NCBI GenBank assembly: GCA_963799845.1
Contig: CAWCYI010000008.1
Span: forward strand, 1 to 64,000
Source of the DNA: an uncultured Nitrososphaerota archaeon
GTDB lineage: Archaea > Thermoproteota > Nitrososphaeria > Nitrososphaerales > CADDZS01
DNA length: 64,000 nucleotides
Direction of reading: 5' to 3'
The translations under genes and the position numbers were made by a program. Positions within the stretch are counted from its first letter, which is position 1; the number at the start of each line of letters is the position of its first letter. This document shows positions 48,716-57,642 of the stretch, one piece after another. A model generated the notes under the pieces. That model was not told where the DNA came from and ran no database searches. It saw only the letters and a program-made list of their open reading frames with translations.

Positions 48716-49288
48716 TTACTTCATCCTGCTTCTGAGTATGAATCCGAGTCCTCCGAGGATTGCACCGACTGCTGCCAGAAGGACGAATCCGCCAATTGGG
48801 TTGACTAGCTGACCGAGATAGTTCACGTGGATTTGTAGAGCTGTGTAGCCGAGGCCTCCCTCGGCAACTGGAGCTGCGGCATAACCTGCCATATAACCAC
48901 CCCAGATCATGAGGAGCATAGAACCAGCCACACCCACATTCATGAATATGTAGTGCCCCCAGGCGAGGTAGTTCGTCAGACCATGGTACACCTTGCCGTT
49001 GACTCCTTCGATGAAGAAGTAGAACATTGCAGTGACTGCGACCGCGATCACCCCTACCGTGAGATAGAGAATGTAGCCGGTGAACAGCCATGTTCCTCCT
49101 CCGCCTCCGGCGATTACTTTAGACGGGCTGTAGTACGAACTGATGTTGAAGAAGCTCTGTGGCTCCACGATGAGGACCGTGATGATGGTTAGGATCAGGC
49201 CCTGCAGCACGGCTGCCCAGATGAATCTAGTTGACCATTTGCTAGCGGTTATCGGTGTTTGTCTTACCGTTTGTTGAGGCATTGCCAT
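48716..49288 (-). CDS. Four-TM membrane protein, distantly heme-copper oxidase subunit I-like
   Basis: WS.RFIWAA..QG, LAW.H...MN.G motifs recalled from conserved thaumarchaeal hypothetical proteins. Confidence 0.6.
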   Translation of the reverse strand: MAMPQQTVRQTPITASKWSTRFIWAAVLQGLILTIITVLIVEPQSFFNISSYYSPSKVIAGGGGGTWLFTGYILYLTVGVIAVAVTAMFYFFIEGVNGKVYHGLTNYLAWGHYIFMNVGVAGSMLLMIWGGYMAGYAAAPVAEGGLGYTALQIHVNYLGQLVNPIGGFVLLAAVGAILGGLGFILRSRMK

Positions 49289-49415
49289 TTACTTTTCACG
49301 TGTGAGTCATTTCTAGGGCATAGGTACTTAAGACGGGGATACGATCATCAAAACTGATACCAAGTCCTCAAAATCCCGAATGTATGCGGGATTCGGAACG
49401 TCTCACATTATAGAT

Positions 49416-49664
49416 TTAAGATTCTTGAAGCTTAGGATATCCCATCTTCTTTAGGAATTCGTTAACCTTCTCGAGATTCGATAACTCGAAATAGAATTTC
49501 GCTCCTGCGGTTCTTGCAGGCATTGAAACTTTGTACAATCCATTATCGAGCATGATTGAGACGTCCGGCGTGTGCTTTCCCGTCTCAATTCCCTTACAAT
49601 TCAAGTGATATAGAACCGGCTTATCCGGGACTTGCATTATTTCCCAAAATTGACTAGGCTGCAT
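49416..49664 (-). CDS. Hypothetical protein
   Basis: Part of a tightly packed minus-strand run of small ORFs. Confidence 0.55.
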   Translation of the reverse strand: MQPSQFWEIMQVPDKPVLYHLNCKGIETGKHTPDVSIMLDNGLYKVSMPARTAGAKFYFELSNLEKVNEFLKKMGYPKLQES

Positions 49665-49965
49665 TAGCTCTTTGTTCCTTCACGTATTGCCTATAACTCC
49701 GTTCGATCTCCCTCTCTTCTCTAGCTTCGTCCCGGGCCTTTCGTCTAATCTCTGCAATATCGTCACGGCTTGCATAGATATCATTCGCTTTGAGCTCGCT
49801 GTCTAGATCGCTCCAACTATCGACGGCTTGAGCAGTATCAATCTTATCGAATTGATCATCGAAGCTCGTAGCACTTCCGCCGATCGCCTCGTATGCACTC
49901 TTGCGGCTTCTGTAATAATTATCAAAAGCGCCTAACGATAAGGCCTTCGGGTGTTGACCGTTCAT
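49654..49965 (-). CDS. Hypothetical protein
   Basis: Overlaps the next ORF; charged coiled-coil C-terminus. Confidence 0.6.
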   Translation of the reverse strand: MNGQHPKALSLGAFDNYYRSRKSAYEAIGGSATSFDDQFDKIDTAQAVDSWSDLDSELKANDIYASRDDIAEIRRKARDEAREEREIERSYRQYVKEQRANAA

Positions 49966-49989
49966 CTTTTTCCTTTCAAATTCGTTATG

Positions 49990-50202
49990 TCACTCGTGGT
50001 ATTTCGAGCGGGCAACGGGAGATATCGGTCTAGGGCCGTGTTTGTTGGATTGTTTGTAAGTTCTCGGAGCATATTCCCGCTTGTGCATATGCACGCCGGA
50101 TTGAGTTATCGGGTGAACTATTCCATTTTCCCGATAAAATCCGATCGCCGGGCTAGGTCGTCTATATCCTTTATCATCTACGAAATAGCGCCGGCGAGCC
50201 AA
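49990..50202 (-). CDS. Small basic protein (possible nucleic-acid binding)
   Basis: Arg/Lys-rich, GFYRENGIVHPIT motif. Confidence 0.5.
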   Translation of the reverse strand: MARRRYFVDDKGYRRPSPAIGFYRENGIVHPITQSGVHMHKREYAPRTYKQSNKHGPRPISPVARSKYHE

Positions 50203-50205
50203 TTC

Positions 50206-50430
50206 TTAGAGCTCTTTAGGAATACTCATGGCCGAGATTACAGAATTCCATATGGAAGGCTCGATATAGTTTTGAAGTATAGCTCTCCTTAATTCTGAAG
50301 ATATAACTAGCTGCTCATTTCTTGAAAGAAGGTTGAACGCTTCTATTGAGTGCTTGATTATCTGATCCGGATTGCTTGAGAATTGGGCGATTACTAGCTC
50401 AGTCGCTATTTTCTCTTTTTGAATGTCCAA
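50206..50430 (-). CDS. Hypothetical protein
   Basis: Abuts its neighbours in the same run. Confidence 0.5.
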   Translation of the reverse strand: MDIQKEKIATELVIAQFSSNPDQIIKHSIEAFNLLSRNEQLVISSELRRAILQNYIEPSIWNSVISAMSIPKEL

Positions 50431-50436
50431 TTCTAT

Positions 50437-50903
50437 CTAGCTCGGATAATCTCTCTTGAACCATTCAAGATCCGAGTGTGCTGCCCTATCTACTTCCGGC
50501 GCTCGATTCTTGTCCAGGACTTCAAGCGCAACGAGTTTCTTTTCTGTCTCGGCTTTTCCGTTCACTTTACGATTCTCGGATATGGTTGTGCCTCGTCTCT
50601 TCGTCCTGACCGTGTTCCCATCCTTCTAGGCTTCCCGGGTATTTGATATCAATAGGGCCGCTCGGGGGATCGTCCTTTTTCTCATCAAGCTTTTGCTCAT
50701 CCTGCTTTAGCTCTTTGACGTCCTCTTTGATTTCCTTCTTATCGTCATTCAGAGCTTCCTTATCCTTCTCGACCTTTTGTTCTAATTCTTTTTCCGGTGG
50801 CTTGTATCTCCGGCGTCCGAATCGCTCGCCGCCAAAAATTCGGTTGCTTTCAGACTTTTGGGTTTATGCAGATTTAGAGTTAGCACGGGACGGGGAAGAC
50901 CAT
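50437..50903 (-). pseudogene. Frameshifted coiled-coil + DUF5771-like viral protein (not in ORF track)
   Basis: Manual translation: ...IDIKYPGSLEGWEHGQDEETRHNHIRES / KVNGKAETEKKLVALEVLDKNRAPEVDRAAHSDLEWFKRDYPS; AGGAGG upstream of ATG 50903. Confidence 0.55.
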
Positions 50904-51038
50904 ATATCTAGATTCCTCCTAGGTCTGAATCCCACCAGTCAGTAGTATTCGTGCCTTCCCAAACAGTATCGGAATTCGCTATACAAAAAATGAAAACGGA
51001 GAAAATACCTAAAAATGATAAAATAGTTTTCCACAATC

Positions 51039-51257
51039 ATGATTGTTTCTCCACGTCCTTTATGCCCAGAATGTAATGGTTCCTGTCATTGTCGCAACTG
51101 TAATGGGAGCGGTGTTATTATCCAAGTCATCAACCCACAATATGGGCTTGAACTAGTGCCAAGCATGATTAAGTGTGAATATTGTTATGGATGGCCGCAA
51201 AGCGAGAAAGTAGGGTCAGGCATATGCCGCGAATGTCAGGGAACGGGCTACCAGTAA
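51039..51257 (+). CDS. DnaJ-type CxxCxGxG zinc-finger microprotein
   Basis: CPECNGS, CRNCNGSG, CEYCYG, CRECQGTG. Confidence 0.75.
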   Translation: MIVSPRPLCPECNGSCHCRNCNGSGVIIQVINPQYGLELVPSMIKCEYCYGWPQSEKVGSGICRECQGTGYQ

Positions 51258-51288
51258 TTCCGTCAGCCATTCACAACAAAGCCTCACT

Positions 51289-51325
51289 GGAAACCCTAGC
51301 ACTTTCAGGCTTGGGAGGAAGTGAG
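51289..51325 (+). mobile_element. Orphan IS200/IS605-like right end
   Basis: GGAAACCCTAGCACTTTCAGGCTTGGGAGGAAGTGAG resembles the GAAACCC..CTT.AGG..GGGAGGA.GTCA subterminal hairpin of archaeal tnpB elements. Confidence 0.45.
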
Positions 51326-51469
51326 ATACTCCGGAACTCGCTCTAACGGGACGTAAGCATCTTCTGAAACTTCAATCTCCGTAGTTCGATGAGACTGAAG
51401 TGTATCTTTTGAGCCTTCTTATCCATCAACAGAAATTAATTGAATTCTTAGAGAACAGGTTGAAAGAAA

Positions 51470-51691
51470 TTGAATCGTAAACTAACTGTCTTTCTGCTTG
51501 CTTCCGTGGTCGGCGCCCTGGTCGTTGTGGCGTTTCTAGCTTCCGAACCTGCTGTGCACATTCAAACAAGCAACATTGTCAGCTTGAACTGTTCGACCAC
51601 AACGAGGACCTATTCAATTGGAGGCTATCCCCTATCGGATACCGCGTTTCAAGCCCGGACATATACAACAACTATGACATCCTGCACTTAG
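51470..51691 (+). CDS. Small TM-anchored Thr-rich protein with near-terminal Cys
   Basis: N-terminal TM, two Cys, ends TTTMTSCT. Confidence 0.55.
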   Translation: MNRKLTVFLLASVVGALVVVAFLASEPAVHIQTSNIVSLNCSTTTRTYSIGGYPLSDTAFQARTYTTTMTSCT

Positions 51692-51697
51692 TGTGCA

Positions 51698-52124
51698 ATG
51701 CCCGAAAGGATTCGAAACCGTCTCATACAATCCAAAGGAATAACTTGAGGATCTCCTAAAGTACGTGTCACGTTTTGACCAAAGCGTACCCGTTGATTTC
51801 TATGTATGCGAACTTTGCAAAGGTAGGATAAGTCCTTCGAATTGAGAATCATCTGCAGACGGTTCATCCAGAGGTTTTGAAGAAATGATCGACGAAGGAA
51901 AGAAATCAATCCTCGCGCACGATGCCAAGCTCCGCGCTCGCATGGAAGCGCTAAAGAGAATCCGAACGGGGATTGAAAAGGTCTTCGGTGAATACGGTGA
52001 TGAGACGGGAATCAGAAAGCCGGTTCTTTTTTCCAAACTGGAAAAGATCCTCAATGGATCTGGGATCGCAAAAAAGACAAAAGGAAAAAGCAAGCTTCAC
52101 GCTCCTACTGTTACGTCAGAATAA
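51698..52124 (+). pseudogene. Decayed C2H2 zinc-finger protein
   Basis: YVCELCKG (51801) and, after a frame change, IENHLQTVHPE, continuing into ORF 51885-52124. Confidence 0.5.
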
Positions 52125-52364
52125 CTGAGATCTAATCATTCAACTTACTACTAGAAAGAAATCTCCCGGACAGTCTACTTTCTGCCGTGAAAGTCTTTTC
52201 GTTTTTGCCCTGCAAGAGTGCAAAAATTGGGCTTTGGTAAGAACTAGTCTGCTTTTCTCCTTGTTAACCCGCGTTTGATTTCTGGGTTTTGTTAACTTCC
52301 TGAGGATGTTCTTTCTGTTAACTTTCGTGGGATGAGATTTTCCAATCCTCTTAAACTAGACTTC

Positions 52365-52826
52365 TTAGCATGTTGCTGTATACAAGAGCGTTTGAGTTGT
52401 ATTGCTTCCTATGTTGTACACTGTTACTAAGCTAGTGTTGAACGTTGTAATAGTCGTGAGAGAAAGAGAGTAAGTCAAATTGCTTGTAGTCACTATTACC
52501 GCATAGAATCGCGTCGGAAGATTACTAGGCAATAGAAATGTAGTTGAATTGTAGCCAGACCCAAATCCGCCTTCAACTAAGCTAGAACATCCAATTTGAC
52601 TAACCCATGTAAAAACGGCTACTTGTATTGTCTGTGCGGTAATGGTGGCGGTCGAGCTAGGTGAACTATTTACTACTTGAAAAATTGTTTGATTGGAATT
52701 TATTGTTCGAGTTTGCACTAAAGAAACCGTTTTCGATCCAAAAAATTCACTTCCTATTGACATTCCGAGAGCGAGTGCTAAAATAATGAGGACAGCGGCG
52801 ATCGAAACTATTTGCCGTACAGACAT
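52365..52826 (-). CDS. TM-anchored Thr/Ser-rich protein ending in Cys
   Basis: N-terminal TM, N-glycosylation sequons, two Cys, ends YTATC. Confidence 0.65.
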   Translation of the reverse strand: MSVRQIVSIAAVLIILALALGMSIGSEFFGSKTVSLVQTRTINSNQTIFQVVNSSPSSTATITAQTIQVAVFTWVSQIGCSSLVEGGFGSGYNSTTFLLPSNLPTRFYAVIVTTSNLTYSLSLTTITTFNTSLVTVYNIGSNTTQTLLYTATC

Positions 52827-53313
52827 ATCTTTATGAAAGAACGATCTGAGATCGTCTGATTTACGTGTATTGACTTTTTTCGAGGTTAGAACTTGTTTTT
52901 TCTGAACTCGTGTTCTGAATTAGTGTGAACCACATGTTTTGACGTCCAGGGAGCAAGTAAAAACTTTGGACTAGATCTGTAGCTTAATGGATGGGACAAA
53001 CTAACTAAGAGGGAAAATCATCAGGCTCTGATTTTTCCATCTTGTACGGTTTTGTTTTCTCCTGCAGATTCAACACAGCTTCTTTATGCGCTCTCCAGAT
53101 TACGGACAAAAGCGCATAGATTTGAATCCAGAAAGCTAAGGGTCTAGGGTTGAATTATTTCAAAGTCCACGTTTGCGATTGTCTGTTACTAGATCTAATA
53201 GAGACTATCAGCGCATATATAGAAAAAAAGTCTGCACACGGTCAATTTTTGCGGATTCAGTAGTCTTTTCATCACACTCAAAGCGTAGAGAAGTGGTATA
53301 ATAACATCTTGTT

Positions 53314-54411
53314 TTATCTTGTAACAAGAGTAATCACGTCCTCGTCCATCAGTCTGTGAGTGATGCCAACCTTCTGTCCGCCGAATTTTACGCTCTTCCC
53401 CCATATCTGCGCGTATCGAAGATCTTCCTTCATCCTGCGGTGAAGTTTGTTGCAGATATCCAGAACGTTTGACCCGTTCTTTACAATCAGAGGTTCCTTC
53501 ATGTCCGCATCCTGACCTCGAGGTTTCATGTAAATTCGGATGAAATCCAGTCTCTTGAAGATTTCCTCCTTTAGGGCGGCAATGTTTACGTTCGATTCAG
53601 CGGAAACCGGGATGAATTTGTACGGAAGCTTGCTTGAGATCTCGTTGATGAAACCAGCGTTTACCAGGTCTACCTTGTTCATGACGGTTAGCGATGGAAT
53701 GTAGACTCTGTTTGCGAGGAGAACGTCGACGAGCTGCTCGTCCGTAATATCCTCCCTGATGATTACACGTGCGCTGTTGATATCGTATACGCGAAGTATC
53801 TCTTTGACGAGCTCCTCGGAGATTTTCGTGAGCTTTACCTGCACACTGACAGTGATTCCTCCGGATGACGTTGCCTCAATGACGACATTCGGCGGGCGCT
53901 CGTCCGACCTGATCCCGATGCCCCGGAGCTCTCGTCGTAGGACAGTCGCTGCTTCTGGCTGGAAAACATCTACAATGAACAGGATCAGGTCAGCATTTCG
54001 CGCAACCGCCAACACTCGTTTTCCAAGTCCCTTACCTGATGATGCGCCCTCGATAATCCCGGGCAAATCGAGAATTTGTATTCTGGCGCCCCGATAATCC
54101 ATGACTCCAGGGACCACCGTAAGGGTGGTAAACTGGTAAGCGGCAACCTTCGATTTTGCATTCGTCATGCTGTTTAGCAGTGTGGACTTTCCAACGCTCG
54201 GAAGCCCCACCAAAACAACTGTCGCGTCGCCCGTCTTCTTGACGTCGTAACCAATTTGACTGCCGCCGCCCCGCGACTGCTGGTCCTCCTGCTCCCTTTT
54301 GAGCTTCGCCAGTTTTGCCTTGAGCAGGCCGACATGGTGCTCAGTCTTCTTGTTGACCTGAGTCCTGTGAATGTCGTCCTCAATTTTCTTGATTTTTTCC
54401 GGGATTCCCAA
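53314..54411 (-). CDS. drg: DRG/OBG-family GTPase with TGS domain
   Basis: NKKTEHH.GLLKAKLAKL, GLPSVGKST, FTTL..PG, DLPG, NKVD, WGKSVKF.GQKVG..H.L.DEDV. Confidence 0.95.
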   Translation of the reverse strand: MGIPEKIKKIEDDIHRTQVNKKTEHHVGLLKAKLAKLKREQEDQQSRGGGSQIGYDVKKTGDATVVLVGLPSVGKSTLLNSMTNAKSKVAAYQFTTLTVVPGVMDYRGARIQILDLPGIIEGASSGKGLGKRVLAVARNADLILFIVDVFQPEAATVLRRELRGIGIRSDERPPNVVIEATSSGGITVSVQVKLTKISEELVKEILRVYDINSARVIIREDITDEQLVDVLLANRVYIPSLTVMNKVDLVNAGFINEISSKLPYKFIPVSAESNVNIAALKEEIFKRLDFIRIYMKPRGQDADMKEPLIVKNGSNVLDICNKLHRRMKEDLRYAQIWGKSVKFGGQKVGITHRLMDEDVITLVTR

Positions 54412-54656
54412 CGCGAGCCAAACCTGAGAGAGAAGTATCTTATCTATAGAGCGCTTTACTGTCTTATATCTAATTCACCACGATTTCCACATTTGCGTGA
54501 TTCCCGAGAGGTGTGTTATTCTGGAACGGAATTGCTTCGATTCAATTCACGCACCTATCAGTGAGTGAGTGCAATGATTAGAGCATGTATCCTGATCAAT
54601 AATACTTTGACGAACACTTTAGAAACTATAGTTCTGGTACAAATTGTGTTTCGAAG

Positions 54657-54815
54657 TTGATCTGTGACAAATGCCGCGCCGGGCAAATGGTTGAATATGA
54701 AAGAACCATGTTGAACGGCGATAAGAAAACTAGAATCCTTGGACGCAAATGCGACCGGTGCGGTTACACTCAGCTTGATAGTGATGACGACATATGGTCG
54801 ATCGTCGGGCTCTAG
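54657..54815 (+). CDS. YgiT-type zinc-finger microprotein (52 aa, not in ORF track)
   Basis: TTG start; MICDKCRAGQM...KCDRCGYTQL...WSIVGL. Confidence 0.65.
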   Translation: MICDKCRAGQMVEYERTMLNGDKKTRILGRKCDRCGYTQLDSDDDIWSIVGL

Positions 54816-54861
54816 TCATCGGAATCAAGCATTTGATAATCATTTTTCGCATTGAATCACC

Positions 54862-55713
54862 TTGAGCACTCTCACAGAGTTTATGATCGAAAATTATGCC
54901 AAAGCCGTCAGCATAGATCTTGCAAGCTGGCTGGAACTTAATCAGCTACCAAGCTTTTGCGAGGCGAAGCAGGATGGCTTTCGAGTTTTTCTATTCAAGA
55001 GTCGCGAAAAAATTCTTCTTACGACCCGTCACGGTGTCATTTATTCCGAGTCAACTCATCCAAAGTTATTCAAAAGAATCGAAGTCCTGAAGGGTGTAGA
55101 GATTCCAGAGCGACTCGTTCTAGACGGAGAATACATTTCACCAGACGAACTGCGAATCTTCGATGTCCTGAGGGTTGGGGAGGACGATCTGACCGGCCGG
55201 ATTCTTACCGAAAGGAAGAAAGTTCTTTCAGAACTTCTTACAGATCAGAGAAAGTTTCTTCAAGTTCCATCAGAGCTAAAGAATTCTTTTCAGGAGATAA
55301 TGGAGTACAAAGATGAGCAACTCTCATTGGGAAAAGAGGGGATAATCGTCAAAAATCCATTATCAACATACGGTCAGAAAAACTCGTGGCTCAAACTGAA
55401 GAGACATGATACTATCGATTGTTTTGTAACAGGGATCGAAAGAACCATCGAAATGGACAGAACTGGAATCCCTCATTCCTGGTTCGTCGGCTTGTACAAC
55501 GAATCGGGCGAAGTCGTCGATATGGGAAAGGTCGGAACTTATCTTAAGGAGGTTGATCCTTCAAAGATTGACGTGGGGACAGTTGTGGAGCTCCAGTTTC
55601 AGGAGATCACCGACGACAAGAAATTCCGCGGACCTTTTATTATTAAAATCCGGGACGATAAAACTATGAAAGAGTGCACAACCTCCCAGGTTCCAATCCA
55701 TGATAAAGCATGA
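54862..55713 (+). CDS. Minimal ATP-dependent DNA ligase (NTase + OB domains)
   Basis: EAKQDGFR, LDGE, IFDVL, EGIIVK, WLKLK, R.P....IRDDK. Confidence 0.9.
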   Translation: MSTLTEFMIENYAKAVSIDLASWLELNQLPSFCEAKQDGFRVFLFKSREKILLTTRHGVIYSESTHPKLFKRIEVLKGVEIPERLVLDGEYISPDELRIFDVLRVGEDDLTGRILTERKKVLSELLTDQRKFLQVPSELKNSFQEIMEYKDEQLSLGKEGIIVKNPLSTYGQKNSWLKLKRHDTIDCFVTGIERTIEMDRTGIPHSWFVGLYNESGEVVDMGKVGTYLKEVDPSKIDVGTVVELQFQEITDDKKFRGPFIIKIRDDKTMKECTTSQVPIHDKA

Positions 55714-55748
55714 GCTAGCGAATCTTGATATGGCGTAGGGTACAAACA

Positions 55749-56183
55749 TTAAAGTCTCTTTCTGGATTCAAAGTCTGGGTCACAAAGTTCCACCAGTATA
55801 TTTGATGTAAACTTTGGATGACAGAAATTCACCGGATAACCCATCACGCCAATCATCGGGTTTTTATAAATCGTATCTACTCCTAAAGTTTCCAAATCCA
55901 TCGCGACATTTTTCAGATCAGAGTCCACGGAGAAAGCAATGTGGTGGATTGAATTTCGCCCTTGTTTTTCAAGAAATCTAGCAACAGTACCGGAATTGTC
56001 TGTCGGTTCCATCAGTTCGAGGACGCAATTCCGGGTTTCAGCGAGTGCAATCGCGAGTCCGGTAGATCTCGAGTCGATCCTGTCGGACACCTTCAGACCG
56101 AACTTTGAACTAAAAGTGCGAGTGGCTTCTTCCAAATTGAGAACCGCAATTCCGACATGGTTCAGTCCAGTTACCTTGAACAA
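55749..56183 (-). CDS. VOC-family protein (methylmalonyl-CoA epimerase-like)
   Basis: NHVGIAV..LEEA, LELMEP, IHHIAF.V, F.HPK....ILVEL. Confidence 0.82.
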   Translation of the reverse strand: MFKVTGLNHVGIAVLNLEEATRTFSSKFGLKVSDRIDSRSTGLAIALAETRNCVLELMEPTDNSGTVARFLEKQGRNSIHHIAFSVDSDLKNVAMDLETLGVDTIYKNPMIGVMGYPVNFCHPKFTSNILVELCDPDFESRKRL

Positions 56184-56297
56184 ACTGTGTCACTTTTCGA
56201 TGAACACTTTCAACGAAATAAATTAATCAAGATATTACATGCCTACTTCATTAATCGATTTTCTCTTCCAGCGAAAGCGGATGAATAGTTGATAGGA

Positions 56298-56639
56298 TCA
56301 GTTTCGAGAATCGACCAAATCATCTTTGATGAACTTTGCTTTCGCAGCCTCGACGCAATTGGCAAACTCAGTGAATTGATTGTCAATTTCAAAATACTTG
56401 CATATGCCGCCTATGAGTTTTTTCTTCAAATCGGTCGAATTATGCTTGAACATCTTGTCTAAATTGGACCAGTATTTCTTGGGGTCCTTCACCGCTATTC
56501 GTGGATCAATGAAGAAAGCTATTGAGCTTGCAGCTTGAATTCCCAGAGCACTTTCCAGCCCGATGTTGATACCTTTGGTTAGCTTTTGGCTAAAGGTCAA
56601 TCTCTCGATGTAGGCCGAACTGCTTTGCAAAAGAGCCAC
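56298..56639 (-). CDS. Small soluble helical protein (DUF3227/NitrOD5-like)
   Basis: LG......I.F........DP..Y...L..MF pattern; family recalled, not verified. Confidence 0.5.
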   Translation of the reverse strand: MALLQSSSAYIERLTFSQKLTKGINIGLESALGIQAASSIAFFIDPRIAVKDPKKYWSNLDKMFKHNSTDLKKKLIGGICKYFEIDNQFTEFANCVEAAKAKFIKDDLVDSRN

Positions 56640-56642
56640 TCG

Positions 56643-57065
56643 CTAATTTTTCCGTTCAGCCTTTTCCTTGATGACTTCGACATCCGTTTTGTCCGAAGCA
56701 GATACTTTTTTTGTCTTTCTATGCGCTGTCATGCCGAACGCCTTGTACGCTCTCCAGAGCACGAAACCAGAGAGGAATGCCATGGAGAACGAATGAACGA
56801 TCAGCCCGTCTAGTTCGTATTGTGCAAGAGCCGGGAGATAACCGAGATTGATGGCTATCGCAGGAACTTCTGCCATAACAACTACAAGGACAAAAACGTA
56901 CAATTCAAACTGAAAGGAGCTGACCGTTCTGCTACGCATGGATAGCGCGGCAATGAGACCAAATGCTATGAAAATCAGGGCCAGGCTAAGGTAACCTGTC
57001 GCTGTAACCAACATCTGAGAGGAGGGACTCGTCGGATCGAAACTGAGAAGTACAGGATCAAACAT
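56643..57065 (-). CDS. Three-TM membrane protein
   Basis: Three hydrophobic helices with intramembrane Glu and His; charged tail. Confidence 0.65.
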   Translation of the reverse strand: MFDPVLLSFDPTSPSSQMLVTATGYLSLALIFIAFGLIAALSMRSRTVSSFQFELYVFVLVVVMAEVPAIAINLGYLPALAQYELDGLIVHSFSMAFLSGFVLWRAYKAFGMTAHRKTKKVSASDKTDVEVIKEKAERKN

Positions 57066-57071
57066 GAAAAT

Positions 57072-57377
57072 CTAACCTGCCCGTTTAAGATAATACGCGC
57101 TGAATGCGACCAGCACGATCCAGCTTAGGGGTTGGATGACGGTTTCTCCCAAGAACCCAATGAATGCAGAATTGTACGCGATGTTATAAAATGCAGTAAA
57201 ATGGTATAAGCCGTGGATTACAAGAAACAGCGCCAATAAGGTTGTAAGTATCCTTAGAGGACCTATTCCGTTTTTCATCCGTAAAGCGAGAAAAATTGTC
57301 AAAATTGCCGGAACAATTATGACCAAAGCGTCGGTAAGATTGAGGATTGCCTCTATGCTAAAGCCCAAATTAGCCAA
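57072..57377 (-). CDS. Three-TM membrane protein
   Basis: Three helices, IHGLYH motif; 6 bp from the next gene. Confidence 0.65.
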   Translation of the reverse strand: MANLGFSIEAILNLTDALVIIVPAILTIFLALRMKNGIGPLRILTTLLALFLVIHGLYHFTAFYNIAYNSAFIGFLGETVIQPLSWIVLVAFSAYYLKRAG

Positions 57378-57642
57378 AAATGATAGCGGAATCTTGTTTC
57401 TAAAGCCGTTATCGTTTTGGAATAAGTACGTGTTATTCTATGACAAAATCCTTCTTCTCCTTGAAGGGCTCTCCGCCTCAATGCCCAGAATCGATATCTG
57501 TCTCTTCAAACAATCAAGTTCCAATTTTTCTATTCTTGAAACCGTGACGTCCGGAATCTAGCAACATCCTAAACAGTTTATTTTTCGAAGGAGAGAATCA
57601 TATTATGTCATACATATAATATATAGTCTTAAATGCAAAGAA

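Larger units (their letters stand above)
47157..53334. mobile_element. Decayed integrative element bounded by duplicated drg 3' end
   Basis: CTATCTCGTAACAAGAGTAAC (47157-47177) vs TTATCTTGTAACAAGAGTAAT (53314-53334), 18/21; interior of small and broken virus-like ORFs. Confidence 0.65.

Noticed and set aside
47208-50837. 13-bp repeat CTCGCCGCCAAAA at 47208 and 50825
   Set aside because: Matches of this length are expected by chance in 64 kb and it marks no evident boundary
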